DNA of 63,441 nucleotides, filler included, from Klebsormidium nitens (GCA_000708835.1; 6 parts of 6 records of this genome joined end to end with filler, not necessarily neighbours in it), one strand, 5' to 3'; positions 12,420 through 25,619 are shown, numbered from the whole stretch's first letter. Notes: generated from the sequence alone by a model not told the origin. Translations and numbers: made by a program.

Positions 12420-15075
12420 TCGTGTCCTGATCCTATACAGCGACCAGACTTTGCTGTCAAACAATTGGCGGACAAGCGGATGGCCTCTGGTCATGACATT
12501 GACCAGCATTGCTTTTAATCGGCGCAACGAGAGAGGGGGCCATGTCCCGTTGGCAGTGTTGCCACTCCTGCATCCGGTTGCAGATTGTCCAGGTATGCTT
12601 TCTGACCTCTAGCTGAGTGGTCTGATCTGAGTCTGGCGGTGTATTCTGGTGTTTGCAACTCGAGAAGGTTGATTTCAATCTGATCATAGGGCCCAACTTG
12701 CCTATCCTGAACCCAAACCCATTGCTTTCCAACAGAGTCTCTTAATTGTCGCAAAGCCTGGTAGAGCTCCATCAATGTGCATGCAATTCACTTATGGTTC
12801 ATAGGAGATGTTCCAGCTCCCCTCACTTAATCCAGCACAATGACTTCTGCAATGCAGCTTTCAGGCATGGTCGGCAAACTTACTTTCCTCGCAAGCTCCA
12901 ATTCTTCCATGACTGCCTGGAGAGTGTTGCAGCCCCTCAAGGACGCCAGTTGAGTGAGTCTCCAATGTACTAACAGTGTCATATTTTACTGGGAAGAGTT
13001 GAAAACACTGGTCGCTTGCAATATCCTGGTTCTTTTACAATAGAGGGTTTGCTTATTGGGAGTGCCGAGCTGCTTCAAGCGGAGCTTTGGTTGGTGGAAG
13101 CTGGTGCTGGCTTGCATGCCATTCGAGCTCGCCAGTCTGCAAGAACGAAATGCAGAAGCACCGAACGTTTGTTCTTAGTGCATATATGCTTAAGGTTCAT
13201 CTGACGAGTTGTGTCTTGTTGCAGTGGTCTGTTGGCCACAGACCCCCTTGGAGTTGAGAATATTTTCTTCCCTCTGCTCTATTGAAACGTATGCGACAAC
13301 CCGGAAGGGTGCGCGGTGAGCTTTGCCACACTTTCCCTTGATTTTTGGTCGGTGATCTGAGAAATTGAGGGAGAGGGTGAGCGCTCAAAACCCTTCGGAC
13401 TTTAGTAGGCAGTTCTGTGGATAACCATTCGATCATCAGACTGTCACAATCGCTTTTGGATATGCTAGGTCCATTCTTAATGGAATAAAGTCTTGTTTGA
13501 TTGGAGTCGCCCTTTCCGGATTGGTCCTTCAACTTACAAACTGTCCTGCATGTGTTTCTCTAAGCCGTTTTCAGTGGGCCCAAGTCCTTGATGGGCCTAG
13601 AATTGACCCATTTTCACATTTCTGGTGGAGCAATGCCAAGATATATTGGAATGGTTCTTCAGGGCCATCCCTTTCGACCTTTTCGCAATTGACTTTCACC
13701 AAGGACAGCAAGCAGACGTCATCCTCATGCAGTATGTGCATGTGCCCAGCGGAGGACCTGCATGATGTCAGCAAGCATTACCAAATATTGGACCCCTGCC
13801 CTCATGCAGCAGTGGCTGAAGGAAATGGACGAGGCTGAAGAATTGGCGGAAAAGGAGGCCATCTCGAATGCCTTCTCCATACATTCAGAGAAGGTGAGGA
13901 CCATTGATTTCGAATTAGGTGTTCCTTCTTGGCAAACTTCAGCGCTGGGCCCGTGAAGCCTTCTCCTTAGAAGCAGACGAGCCACAAATTCCCTCACTGT
14001 ACTTTTGCTCTTGGATATAATCTTGGTGTTCAGTGTCTTGAACCGCGAAGGTTAAACGTGGTAAGAGTTCAGAATCGATTCGTTTACAAAGCTTCCCAAC
14101 TAGGGGGTGCCCTTGCCTCTGGAAAGTGATTCTAGCTAGCCCTCCAATTTTAGAGAGGAGGTGCCGTCTCGCTTTCGCAATCGCCCCAATTCATGGTGGG
14201 ATAACGTCGGGTATGCCACCTTTGAACGGGTAGCACTGAGGAATCTGTTGGGATTTGCGCCAGTCTGCGTGTATGTTAGGGACATTGCCCGTCTGTTCCG
14301 GAGCTGTCGTTCTCATCTCCTCTTTGGCGTCCGATAGCTCTTGCTGGGTCCATAAAAGTAGAATACGAAAGTTGACATAATGATTTTCGGTGGCACTCGT
14401 CCAGCGACGAAAGCTCTATCATACTTTGAGGAGGGGTTTGGTAACTAGAGGCGTGGAAAATGTGCTAATGCAAAAACGTTTGCGTCCCTTCCATTTTGTC
14501 CGCGAAGGTCTTTGAATTGTTTGAAAAGCCGCTCTGCCCAGTCGCTCAACCAACCCGAGTTCAGCTCCCGTAGTTGACTAGTCAAAGCACCCAAGTTTTG
14601 TGTCCATACTTTTTAAGGTATCAAACTCGACTTCAATCTCTCCATCCAGGTGACCGTACACACCGCGCTCGGCCTGCCCGTCGGCGACAGCGAGCGCTTC
14701 GGCAGCCGGCCGATGTACGCGCGCGCAACCACGGACTTCCACAAGCGTCCGTGGTTCAGCAACGTGGCGGTGCAAGGCGAGGACCCCGGCCAGCCGCCGG
14801 TGGACCTGTACGCCCACGTGCGGATGTTCCTCAGTGTCTGGGTCGTTGACCCGGTGACAAGGGCCCGGACCCGCCGCGAGGTGGCGGTGGTGCGCTACCA
14901 CAGGGAGTTGGGCAGCCGTGACGTCCCCAAGTGCAAGCAGCTGCGGTGGGACAGGCCCGAGTGCGTGCTCAAGCTGGTCGACACCGCCAACATCCGCCGG
15001 GCGGTGCACATCGTCCCCAAGTTCAACACGAAGGGCGCATACTATGTGAACCGGTTCCTCTTCCACTACTCGTAG
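12420..15075 (+). pseudogene. Plavaka-type transposase, disrupted
   Basis: ILYSDQT...GWPLVMTL...RRNERGGHVPLAVLP (12430-12570); FFHDCLES then frameshift to LQPLKDAS (~12925); GLLATDPLGVENIFFPLLY*NVCDNPEGCA with in-frame TGA 13283-13285; CSMCMCPAEDLHDVS with a further frameshift (~13730-13790); intact terminal exon 14650-15075 (RATTDFHKRPWFSNVAV...IRRAVHIVPKF...YYVNRF). The middle of the protein was not found. Confidence 0.7.
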
Positions 15076-15416
15076 GGCGACCCGGACTTGTCAGGTTAGT
15101 CGCAGGGCTTTCTGCCTGATGCGGAGCCTTGAAAGATTTGCATGTACGAGTTCCTTTGGTCTTTTGAAATATCTAAGATGTCGACGCTGTTGGTGCGGCG
15201 GAAGTTAAAAGGCTAAATCATCCGACTAACGGATTCACGTCAACGGTAGAAGACAGTCGAGCAAAGCCGTGCAAAGCCGAAGCTTTGATTGGTGTGCGCT
15301 GAAGCTTTCTCATGTTGTCCTTGTGAAAGCAGGTCTACTACTTGTGGACCTTCGACCGTTGCGCAGGATTGCTAAGGCTTCGATGCCGAGACGGTCCAAC
15401 TCCAAAGGACCTTCGC

Positions 15417-16646
15417 TGACGTCATCATGTTTCTTTGCTTCAGCTCGGACATTATCGAAGTCGCAGCCAGGACAGAACGTCGGACACGCGGCACTGCGCG
15501 ACGTTCGCTGCTGATGCTTGGAAGGGTGCCCCTTGAAGCGAAGGCCTTGGCCGGGGGCCTATAAGCTGCCACAGAACGGACGCATGTAAGGCAGCTGCTT
15601 TGGTCTGCAATGAGCTTCAAGGGCTCTCCGCGAATATCATTGGCTCCGTCCTATTTGCTGATTGGCAGCGGTCGGTTTCAATCGAAGCGTTCTACTAAGA
15701 AAAGGTTGTTGGGTATCTAAAAGGGCTTCTCATTCTGGCATCATAGCCTGTTCCGTAGGGCTTTGATAAATCGGACTTCTGAACTTGCTTTGTTCCGTTC
15801 TGCTCTTGGGCTGCACTTTCGTATGATCCTTCCTCAATCCAGATTCAAATCGGCTGAGTCGCTTGACGTTTACAGTCTGCTGACGTCACCATCGATGACA
15901 TTCTAGAGAGTATGACATCAGCAATCGTTCATGGAGGCCAGCTCATCAGTTCCTTTCTCGACCGATACTTCGGAACAAAACCGTTTTGACAAGCTCAGTC
16001 TTGAGCTTCTTTCTTCCTTATCGCCACACGAAACTGATTGCGCTTAAGCTTCACGTCTGCCGTTACCGTCACCGGCTGTGTCACGGTAAATCGATTGCAG
16101 GCCCGTGGGAACGGTCACAGATTCGCGCCCGCAGTTTTGAACTTTGCCTTACACTAAATGATAGGCTCGCGTGTCGTGTGGACCGTGCATTTCGCTGACG
16201 TCGTTCAATTCCTTCCCGCCGTCAGGTGTTGGCATCACCGAAGTCGCTTACTATGCCGAACAACGGAAACTCAGCAATTCGGTGGCGCTCGCTAGTGATG
16301 ACGTCACAAGAAGGGTGCCGTGGTGGAGAGTAAAACCGCGCCCGGCTGTGTGCTGCAACGGAGTGGATGCAGGCAAGCGGCCACTTTAAGTCGTGGTGTT
16401 GTTTTGAGTGTGTGCTTCTGTATGGCTCTGGCCCATTCACGAGTCACCTCGAGATGCTGTCTTGTACGTGGCTAGTCATATCTCTGGGTCTTTGACAACC
16501 CGAATCAATCGTCTGGTGCATTCAAGAATGTTTCTTCAGAGAAGCGGGCATGTAATCTCTTTTTCTCTTTGTTGATCCGCTATTGAATCTTCTACTCATG
16601 GGGGTTCCGCATTCAAGTCGCTGAACATTCCCAGTTGCTGACGTCA
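15417..16646. promoter_or_regulatory. Cluster of four TGACGTCA (CRE/as-1-type bZIP) palindromes
   Basis: Exact TGACGTCA at 15417, 15881, 16299, 16639. Confidence 0.35.
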
Positions 16647-18339
16647 CGTTTCCATGAGGCACATATAACGTAAAGGAACACTGGGAAGTGCATCGACAAA
16701 GCCCTCCTGACCGTGTAAAGTTGAGAGCTCTAAAGATATTTTTTCCTGCAGTTTGCTGGGGACCGCTCTCGTCTTCTTGGCACCTATTATGGGAGCTTTG
16801 GCGTCAGGGTCAGGTCGCGCCGCTCGTCAACACGGCCTGAACGGCCGTGACACAGACGCATGTAAGGTAGTCCTGTCTAACTATTTTCGTCGAGTTCATT
16901 GCGTTCCTTCAGAAAGAGTGAACATTGCTGTCTCACACGCTCGTCGGATCCGACTAATTGTTTGGGTCGCCCTTCCTGTCTGCTGAAGGGTTGTGTCTTT
17001 CGAGGACTAAGTCCGTCAAACAATCTGGACAATGTTTCGGCTTTTCCAAGGAGAATGGCTTTCAAGCCGCCTGGACGCACGAAGGGCCCTCATTCCCAAG
17101 ATTGCTTGTTTGGCAACCATTTCGGTCATTTTCGCGAATTTGGCGCCAACTTTGCTAGTCACAAATGTCAGACTGAATCCTTATGTCTGTGAGTCTTTCA
17201 TCCCCGAGAAACCCTCAGGCTTTAAATAAAATTCTGGCTTGTGTTGGCCCCGAAGTCCAAGCGCCTTGTACCGACCTCCTATTCATCCGGCCCCAGGTCT
17301 GACAGAGCCGTTCGCGGGGTCGACCTGTCCGCAACAAGCTGCTCCTTTCCAACTCTCACACGCGGCCGCAACTCCCGCCGCTTCCGCTTGCCAATACCCA
17401 GAGTTCTGGCGTGCCACGTGGTCTGGTCGATGCCAACAAGCTGGGACGATCGATGGAGAAAGGCGTCTGTAAGACTGCCACGCTGAGCTGCGCCGTTGCA
17501 AAGCCAAGGTACGGAACTGCCGCAACGACAACTCTTCTTGAATTTAATAGACCGACGAGGCTCCGTGTTTTTCGAGTCTCAGCTCGAACCGTGCCGTGCC
17601 CCGGTTTGTAGGTTCTTTTAGAGATTCTTCTGAGAGGATCCGCCGTTCTTAATCAACTTTTCAAGCATGGCAGCTTCCCGGTCGTCTGACGGTGGGAGGC
17701 AAATCGGTTGAGAAGGCTGCAGAGTTCGAGAAAGCCCACGCAACGTTGATCGGTTGTTCTTCGACTGATCACCCTCGTCACTGATCTGCGATGCGACTCA
17801 ATGCCGCTGGTCAGAAGCGGACTTTTCTAAGCCTGTAAGTTGTGCTTGGAGGCCGACTAAAGCTGCATTTGCTTCAATCAAGTACAACCCAACCACTGTA
17901 CCCGACTTGCTCGGGGCTGTCGCTTTACTGATGCTTGCAAATAACAACCTTCTTTTTCTGTTGCAGGTCCGTGTTGTGTCTGAACGTCTTGAAGTCCCCA
18001 ATACGCATCGCAACGTTGCCGCGACCTGCCATCAATCACAAGTCCCAACAGCCGGATGGGGTTTGGCTGCCAAGAGTTGCACAGACTGGTCAACGCTGTT
18101 GAACAGATTCGTGTTGTAGTACAACCAAGACCCGTTTCAAGTTACCGAACGGCACCGTGGTGCTCACGTATGTTTCAGAAAGAGTCGGCAGCAGCAACGA
18201 CGATGGATCTTGTCTGGTTACTCAATGTGCAAAATGTGCACGAGATGCCATGACTGACTGCATATTGGCACACGGATTGCTATGCAAGCATTGCGCCTTT
18301 ATTACGCCAGCGTTCACGGACTTAGCGTTATATGCTGCC

Positions 18340-18641
18340 TCCGCATGGATTCCAAACGGACCCCATGCGGCCCCCATGATGGATTCCACGTGGCAACCGC
18401 TCTCGCTTCCGCATGGGATCCAACGCGGCTTTCCACATGGATTCCGTATTGGCCCCACTCATAAGGGTCCCGTATGGAGTCCAAGGCTTGGATTCCATGC
18501 GGGGCCCACACATATGGGCTCCATACGAGATTCATGTGGGCGCCACGTGGACAGTTATACTGGACTCCATACGGGAGTCTCGCACATGGATCTCGCTTGG
18601 TTCCCATACGGGGCCCATGGGGGGTCAGGTTTGTGATGTCG
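18340..18641. repeat. Right subterminal repeat array, inverted counterpart of 6768-7000
   Basis: ccgcatggattcc, ccgcatgggatcc, catggattccg, ggattccatgcgg, ggactccatacgg, ggttcccatacgg. Confidence 0.65.
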
Positions 18642-20680
18642 CCGAGTGATGTCTTACCTACAAGGGTACCGTCATTTTGTAACCGCTACCCCCCCATATT
18701 TGTATCGACCATTTTTGAAGGGGGTTTTTTCCCCAGGGGGGGGCCTTGGCTTCGCCGAGGGGTCCCAAGCCCCGCCTCCCCCCCGTCCCACCCGGCGGCA
18801 TAAGCTGGGCCGGGTCGTACGTACAGCCTGAAGTGAACGCAAATCTCTCGCAAGGGCTTTGATGGGGCTTAATTAATAAAGCCGCATATACCGGTACGAT
18901 ACGGGTATATCTCGGGTTTGGCCCGAAGGGCCGCTTTTGAGCATATTCGGCCCTGTTTTAACGATTTTTGGGGCAGACTTTGTACGAATAGGTTCAAGAG
19001 AAGTGGACAATGTTTGGTTATGAGGGGCTAAAGGGGGTCTGCCTCATGGGGACCCAGGTGGTACCCCCAGGGATCCTCACGCTCATGCAAGAAACTGCGC
19101 TGGGTCCTTCCCCCCCCCCACTTGGGTTCCGAATTAAACACGGTACGTTCATACCTATGATACCAAGAAAAGTACGAACTCAAGTTCACCAAGGCCCTAT
19201 AATTAAACGTTTGTACGTCGTCATCGCTCGGGCTTTTGAGAAGTCAACATCGCTTTACCCGGCAGGGGAACAGATTTCCTTGGCACATCTTATCCCGCCC
19301 GCTCTAAGAATTTCGTCAAGCTAGAGTCCTAGAGAATTTTCTTGGATGTTTCAAATCTCTTGGCTTAAAGTTACACGAGGCTTCGTCGCAGATTCTTGGG
19401 CTCCAGAACTTGAAGAGGCACACATGTTCACTGAGCACTTCTCTTGGCCACTTCTCTAGGCCAGGTGGAGGACGCATATAGATGGTCGCCTTCAATCTTC
19501 AAAAGTTGAGTATCCAGCATATGAAGGAGGCCAGCCAAGGGACCTCAGCAGCTCATGTCAACAGGTCCCTTAGGGGCGCTCACTCGAGTGGCGCTCACTC
19601 GCTGTGAGCAGACATTGCCGTAGAGACAACTTATCTTCAGGCGACAGCCCAAAACAAGTAGCACAGGCTGAAGCACTTGGCTCAACCTTGCTTGCAAGGA
19701 GAAGCTCCGAATATTCCACGTCGATCTGAAGCTGCTGGCGGCGCTGCTGTATGACATCAGCTAGCTAGCAGCAGCACATTGCTGCTTGAGATGTGGCCAG
19801 AAGTGTATAGCAATACCGAGGGTGCCTGGCCGCTCAACCAAGGTAAAGGCCACACATTATAAACCACATCCTGCTTGAATAGATTAATTCCTGGGTGCAC
19901 ACAGGTGGGGTGGAGCACTCACTGCCCGCACTGAATGCACTTGTAGGTGGCGAGACGTTTGTCTGGACATGCATGATGATAAAAACAGCGAATGTTGTGT
20001 GAGGCATTATCATGGCTTTTGCATTGCTTTCGAATGTCTTTGAAGGGTATGGGGCACTCTGCGTGCGTGCTGTGGGCCTCTGACTTGGGGGCCCTGGAGT
20101 ATTGCATGAAAGCAAGTTTTAAGGTTGTTGAGCCGAGTTTGTAGCTTTCAGCATTTTTATTTTCACCCCATCAGCCTGGAAGAAATTTCAATACATTGCA
20201 TGTACGTCAAAGGCTTATCTGAAAAGGGGGGAGAGGGAGTGCCCTCCATAAATTAAGAGCATTCAACGTTCTTGGCATGGGGCTTTGTCAACCCTTGGCA
20301 TGGGGCATAATTGTTGTTCTCGCACTACGGTTTGGCATTGGCATTGTAAGTTTTGGCAGTGGCATTGTAAGTTTTGGCATTGGCTTGTAACTTTCATGGC
20401 TTGTAACTTTCAGGATGGGGCACTGGCAACTCCTAAGACAGTAAGCACCTCATATCCCATGCCCTGGGTTCTTGGTCGCTGTACTCCACATAGATGCAGT
20501 TCAGACTGAGTAGACTTTGAGCAGACCGAGGCGGCTGCATCAGCGGGAACATGGCAACATGGCAGTTGTCGATATGTCAGGTAACATACACCTTTTATAT
20601 TGGAGAGGTGGGGGGTCCAGAGAACGTTGTGACTATTATAAATCGTTTCTCTGAAGCAGCTTCTGAATCTCCTTGACCAG

Positions 20681-23600
20681 ATACAACAATGCCGGAGAAG
20701 GACACAGTGCGCTGCTTCCTGGAGGAGCTCCTCAAACACATCCATGACTTCGACTCCCCCGACGGTCCCACTGTCCTGAAGGGCATCTTCTTCCCCGACA
20801 AAGAGAACGTCAAAGGGGACCCGTTTCCAACCGACCCCAACGACACGGAGGCCATCGAGAGGATGAGCCTGCTCATCCGCAATGCGATGGACGTGGAGCG
20901 CCTGCCGGAGTCCCTCAAGGGGCGGCGCATCCACAGTGTGCAACAGATCGGCACAGTCCTAGAGATTCTCCTCCTGCGCGACGACTTTGACCCCGCAGCG
21001 AAGACGGAGCAGACGGTCGACGCGATGCGGATCATTTTCAAGAACCAGGCTCAGATCGGGTGGCTGAAAATCTCGGACTGGGAAAAGTACCCCGCGGCGT
21101 ATACATGCCGGGAACGGCGCGGACCAGGGTGTCTGCACTAATGGCGTGCGACAATGAGAAGGACCCGGGGGAGGGGCACCTGCTGGCTCTCATCGACGGC
21201 CTGGCAAGGATCAACTAGGCGCAAATCCTGGTCCGGCAGCGGACGCTTCAAGCAAGCGACGGGGGTTTGGGTCCGAGAAATGGTTTTTGCTGCGTACGGA
21301 CGGGGCTACGATCCAATAAACGCGCCGTGGAAGTGGGGTCCGGATATAAGGTGGACACCCTCCTGGGGTGGGGGGGCAAGGCGCTGACGGGGCCGGAGTT
21401 CAGTGGACCGCTCGCACGTGCTGTGAATCAGGTGTGGTGCATACTTGTCCAGGTGCTCGACTCCGAGTACGGCTTTGACGGGATCGGAGCTCGCATTAAG
21501 GGGCATCTGTGCGGGATCCTCCGGGCCGCGCAGCGGGACGTGTGCCAAGTGCGGGAGCGCCGCAATGGCCGGTATTGGGACTTCATGCGACGCATGGCCA
21601 AGTACGTCAGCAGCACTGCTTATTCGGGTTTGGCATTTCATTTTTGAGCCAAACTTGTTTGTTTGCCACGAGTCTCTGGGCACTTCCCAGTCCATGGTTT
21701 TTCTGCTTTTGAAAAGTCTTGAAGGTTGTGCTTGTGTTCAGGCGAGCTTTCTGTTGCTCGCTGCTGAACTATTTTCACGGGTCAAGTAAATGCATTGGGT
21801 CCTTCTTTGCTTGGCTGTTGCTTTAACCATTGAGTATAAAGACTAAGTTGAATCTTGAGTGTTGGAATGTAACCCAAGTTGCTCACACCTACGAGCCGCT
21901 CCAAAAAGTTCCTGGCATTGATCTCATTGCTTTGTTTTTCGCCAGGTTGTTAGGAATAACAAGGCTTCAGGACCTGCAGCACCCTGAGAATCTCCATCTT
22001 CTGCCCATCTTCCTCGCGGTGGTGTACCAGTTTCTCCTCGACTCCCGGTTCCAGGACAAAGAGTGAGCACCTTTCACCTTCATCTGTGGACTTTGGGGCG
22101 CTGTGTTAAATAATCAGAGGTCTGGGACTTTGTTGGGTCATCCGATTCCTAGCCAATTCAAGACTTTGTGAATCAAGCATGCTCGCTAACTAGGGCTTCA
22201 CCAGAACGTAATCCAGCCCGGTTAGTGGAATTGACCTAGACATACCGGTCCGCTGATTAGCCTTTTGGGCACGAACCATATCTGAGAACCGGCAGACTTG
22301 CGGGCACTAAGCATATCTGAGAACAGCCAGATTATTGTGGACTAGGGTCTAATTTTGGGGCATGGAATCTGGTCGGGCCTCAACCAGATTGCAGCTCATT
22401 AGCCAGGACTCTTGACAGGGTTTCAATTCTTGACTAGCGAGACTTCTTTTTACTCAACCACACTGTGCCTTTCGCACGACATTTCTACAGCCCTTGTAAG
22501 AAAGCAAAGAAGCTATTGTCTCCTCTTAATGATCGCACAAGGACGCAACCTTGACATGTTGTTTTGTGCTTGGTGCTTGTAGTTATAATGTCATGACGGC
22601 CAACATCGGCAAGAAGGCGGCGGCGTCCGCCAGCTACGTTGTTGCGTACCAGCAACCAGACCACGTGTTGAATGGGCGCGTAAGTGTGAAAGCGATGGGC
22701 ATTCGGGCTAGGTAGTGACCAGAAAGAAGATCGTGGATACAATGGACTGTTTCTTTCTTCCCCTTGAATGTGTCTACCTTTTTCAACGGACTTCTAGCAT
22801 TTTCATCCGGCTATCTAGCTTCTGTGTCGGTTTCTCCCGTGGATGTGGATGCTAATGCTTCGTATGGTCAGCCAAATTCCAGCCAAGGATGTTTGTTGAC
22901 TGCAGGTGGATTTTCGTCCTTCCCTTTGCGTACTTTCCACACGCTCTCAGCAGATTCCAATAAGCCAATAGCATCGTTATAACATGCTGAACACGTCAGG
23001 CAACCAAGGCGAGATTAAGCTTTGGTAAGGGTTTCGATGAGTCTTCCTTATCAATGGTCAGGCTTGACTTTTGAGTTGTCTTTGCAGCCCGAAAACGACC
23101 CGGGGAACGTCCACCTCAAGGCCCACGTCCACGTGGACGTTATTGCGAGCGACCCCCAGGAGTGGAGAGAGATTCAATCGGAGATGGGCATCAGAAAGCT
23201 AGGGGAGCCCCTCAAGAAGCCCGGATTGACAAGGGGGCGCCTTGGGGCAATGGCACACGGGTTCGTGAGCTGTGGGGAAAACGGCGACTTGCAACTGTAC
23301 GATTCGCAAAGTGTTCCGGGGCCAAAGCAGCAGAGGGTTAGGCAGCCTGAGTATGGCGCGGACGGAAAGAGGGTCGACCGGCCCTATGACATTCACGGAG
23401 GCAAAAACGACAAGCGGAAGCGGGACATTGGTGACGGGTTGTACGCCCTTGCCGAGTCAGACGGCTCCCGAGGCCCCGGGAGGCAAATGTACGAGTGTTG
23501 TATGTCGTACCTGGGGTTCTCGGAGGAGGACCTACTGCCGGGGAAGCGGGTGGAGCTGAATGCAAAGCGGAAGGCAGAGCGGCCCGGGCCGGAGGAGCTG

Positions 23601-25619
23601 GCGGCGGCGGCGCAGGAGAGGAAGCGGGCCAAGCGGCAGAGGTTAAAGGAACAGAAGAAAGGTAAGGAGAGCGAGTGTGTCGTTCTCACATGCAAGCTGG
23701 CATTCTTGAGAAAGTTTTTTCATCAAGCGCACTAGGAGTGATCCTGTTGTTGTTGCTTGCTTGCCTGACTATGCTTTAAGAGGCTTTCAGAACGAGTCGG
23801 ACGATCTGCTCCGAGCGGATCCTGGACCTCGATCTCATAATAACATCCACTTCGAAAGAAGCTTCCGCCTCTTCCGACTTGTTCCGGTCGCCGCTTTCCC
23901 TCTCGACCATGAAATGTCCAAAATGATTGGCTTGCTTGGCTTTGGATTGCTAGCTCAATCAAGGCCTTGTCTTGTCTTGTCTTGTCTTGTCTACACGACT
24001 GCTGTGTTCACTTGAATGCGTTGAAGCGTTGAGTAGTAGACTTAGATTCGCTTCTTGTCCAGGACGAGTTGGCAGCGCAGGTGGCGAGACGCCCTGCGAG
24101 AGGACGGCGCCTCATTCTTCTCCCGTCCTTTGGGACGACGACATGGAGGTGAGCAAGGGCAGACTGCGCTTCCCTTTTGTGCCTCCGTTGGGCGCTTTCA
24201 TGTGAGGCCGATCGAAATGCTCTCGTGGGGCCTTCTAGTAACATCTCGCTCTAGTCAAAACCCTTGTGAACGTACTCGTACACGCTTGTGTCTGCAAACG
24301 CTCGTACATAGTATCAACACGAAGACTATTAAAATGTGTTCTGCTCCAAGCGTGCTGTCGTTCTTGACTTCGCTTTCACGTGGTACGAAGAAAAGAGCCT
24401 CTTCGACTCGTTTGTGTGTTCTAGTGGCCTGGTTTCTGGCCTGCCCATACAAATTTTACTCTCCTTCTAATGAATCTGAAGCGCATATACTCCAATCCTC
24501 TCGTGTTACATCGTATGCAGAACGTACCTTTGTCAACTCTTTCAACCGCTTTGGCCTCTGCACCCGCTCCGTCTGCCCCCGGTCTGCCACCACCAGTCTG
24601 CTCCCAGTCTGCCCCTAGTCTGCCCCAACCTCTGCCACCTCTGATGCATCAACCGGAGACCCCCGCGGCGCCGGCAGCCGAGCTCGTCAGCCAGCGGGTG
24701 CGGATCTGGGTGCCGATGCTGAAAAGTGAGTAACAATTGTCTCCTTGAGCAAACATGTCACCAAGTGATTGGGCTTGTGTCAATCAGCAAACGCTGGTTT
24801 AAGGCTTTCTGGAGGCATTCTGTAAAGCAAAGCTTTACGCTACATGCTGCAGTATCATTGGAGAGGCGCAATCTGAGTCCTGTGCACAAACGCGCATAAT
24901 TTGACCATCTTTTCCGTTTGCAATATGTATCTACGACAATGACATTCGGGGGGGAATCTGCTCTATCCAAGATTCCGTTATACTGATTGGGGTGCTTATG
25001 AGGGATTTTGAGATACTTGACATAAGTCCAACTTTGCTCGCAGGTACGAGGCGGGGCGGGTGGTGCGTTACACTCGGTGGAACGGCCAACATCAGGTACA
25101 AACTTATCCAGAAGGCCACGTAATAGTTTGAAATGATTGTCGCAGATGTCTTGAGCAACCTTGGAGTCGGCGGTTTCATATTCTGGTTTCCATTCCTGAT
25201 ATGGACTCCTAAGTTGGTGGTCTTTGGATTGATAGACGAAGCGAATGTAACTTTTGCACCTTAGGAACGCGTATATGACTGCATTCTGGTCGGATGTGCA
25301 ATTGGAGATCATTCCTTAGGGAGTATTCTTCACGAAGATCCACGCCTACCAAGAGCTCGTCTATGGTTCCTACCGCTTTGGAAACCAAGACGTTGCGCGC
25401 TGACATCGATTTCCATTGAGACAACAATTTCCCAACTTTCCAACAAACTTGCAGATTCTGTACGACAACGGCATCAGGAAGTTCGTCAACTTGACCAAGG
25501 ACCGGTGGCACGTGTTGGACGACGACGACAGCCTAGAAGGGGGCGGGGCCGCAGGAGATAAGACCGGTGACCACGACGAAGAGGGATGCGTGTTGGTGAG
25601 AACCTTGACCAACTTTTAG
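20681..25619 (+). pseudogene. Multi-exon gene of unknown N-terminal family with a basic region, Pro-rich linker and C-terminal Tudor domain (MSH6/PDS5-like); damaged
   Basis: Exon-like blocks 20681-~21600 (frameshift ~21100, in-frame TAG 21216-21218), 21946-22062, 23088-23661, 24063-24148, 24521-24725, 25044-25095, 25455-25619. The last three give ELVSQRVRIWVPMLK-(K)YEAGRVVRYTRWNGQHQ-ILYDNGIRKFVNLTKDRWHVL, requiring one extra A in the run at 24722-24725. Confidence 0.5.

Larger units (their letters stand above)
6768..18641. mobile_element. Decayed Plavaka/CACTA(CMC)-like DNA transposon, ~11.9 kb; exact termini and TSD unresolved
   Basis: 6768-6813 and the reverse complement of 18595-18641 align at about 39/47. 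Both ends carry arrays of CCGCATGGATTCC/CCATGCGG-type motifs. The interior holds Plavaka-type transposase fragments (+) and a divergent second gene (-). Confidence 0.55.

Noticed and set aside
20335-20410. Short simple tandem repeats (GGCATTGTAAGTTTT here; CTTGT near 23970; GGGGCTGCTGAGGT near 32843; GGGTTTCTG near 63294)
   Set aside because: Ordinary slippage microsatellites or minisatellites; the last merely encodes QKP repeats.
24758-25312. 184-aa minus-strand ORF
   Set aside because: It overlaps a plus-strand exon (25044-25095) that completes the Tudor domain with correct splice sites and has no recognisable motif, so it is probably a shadow.
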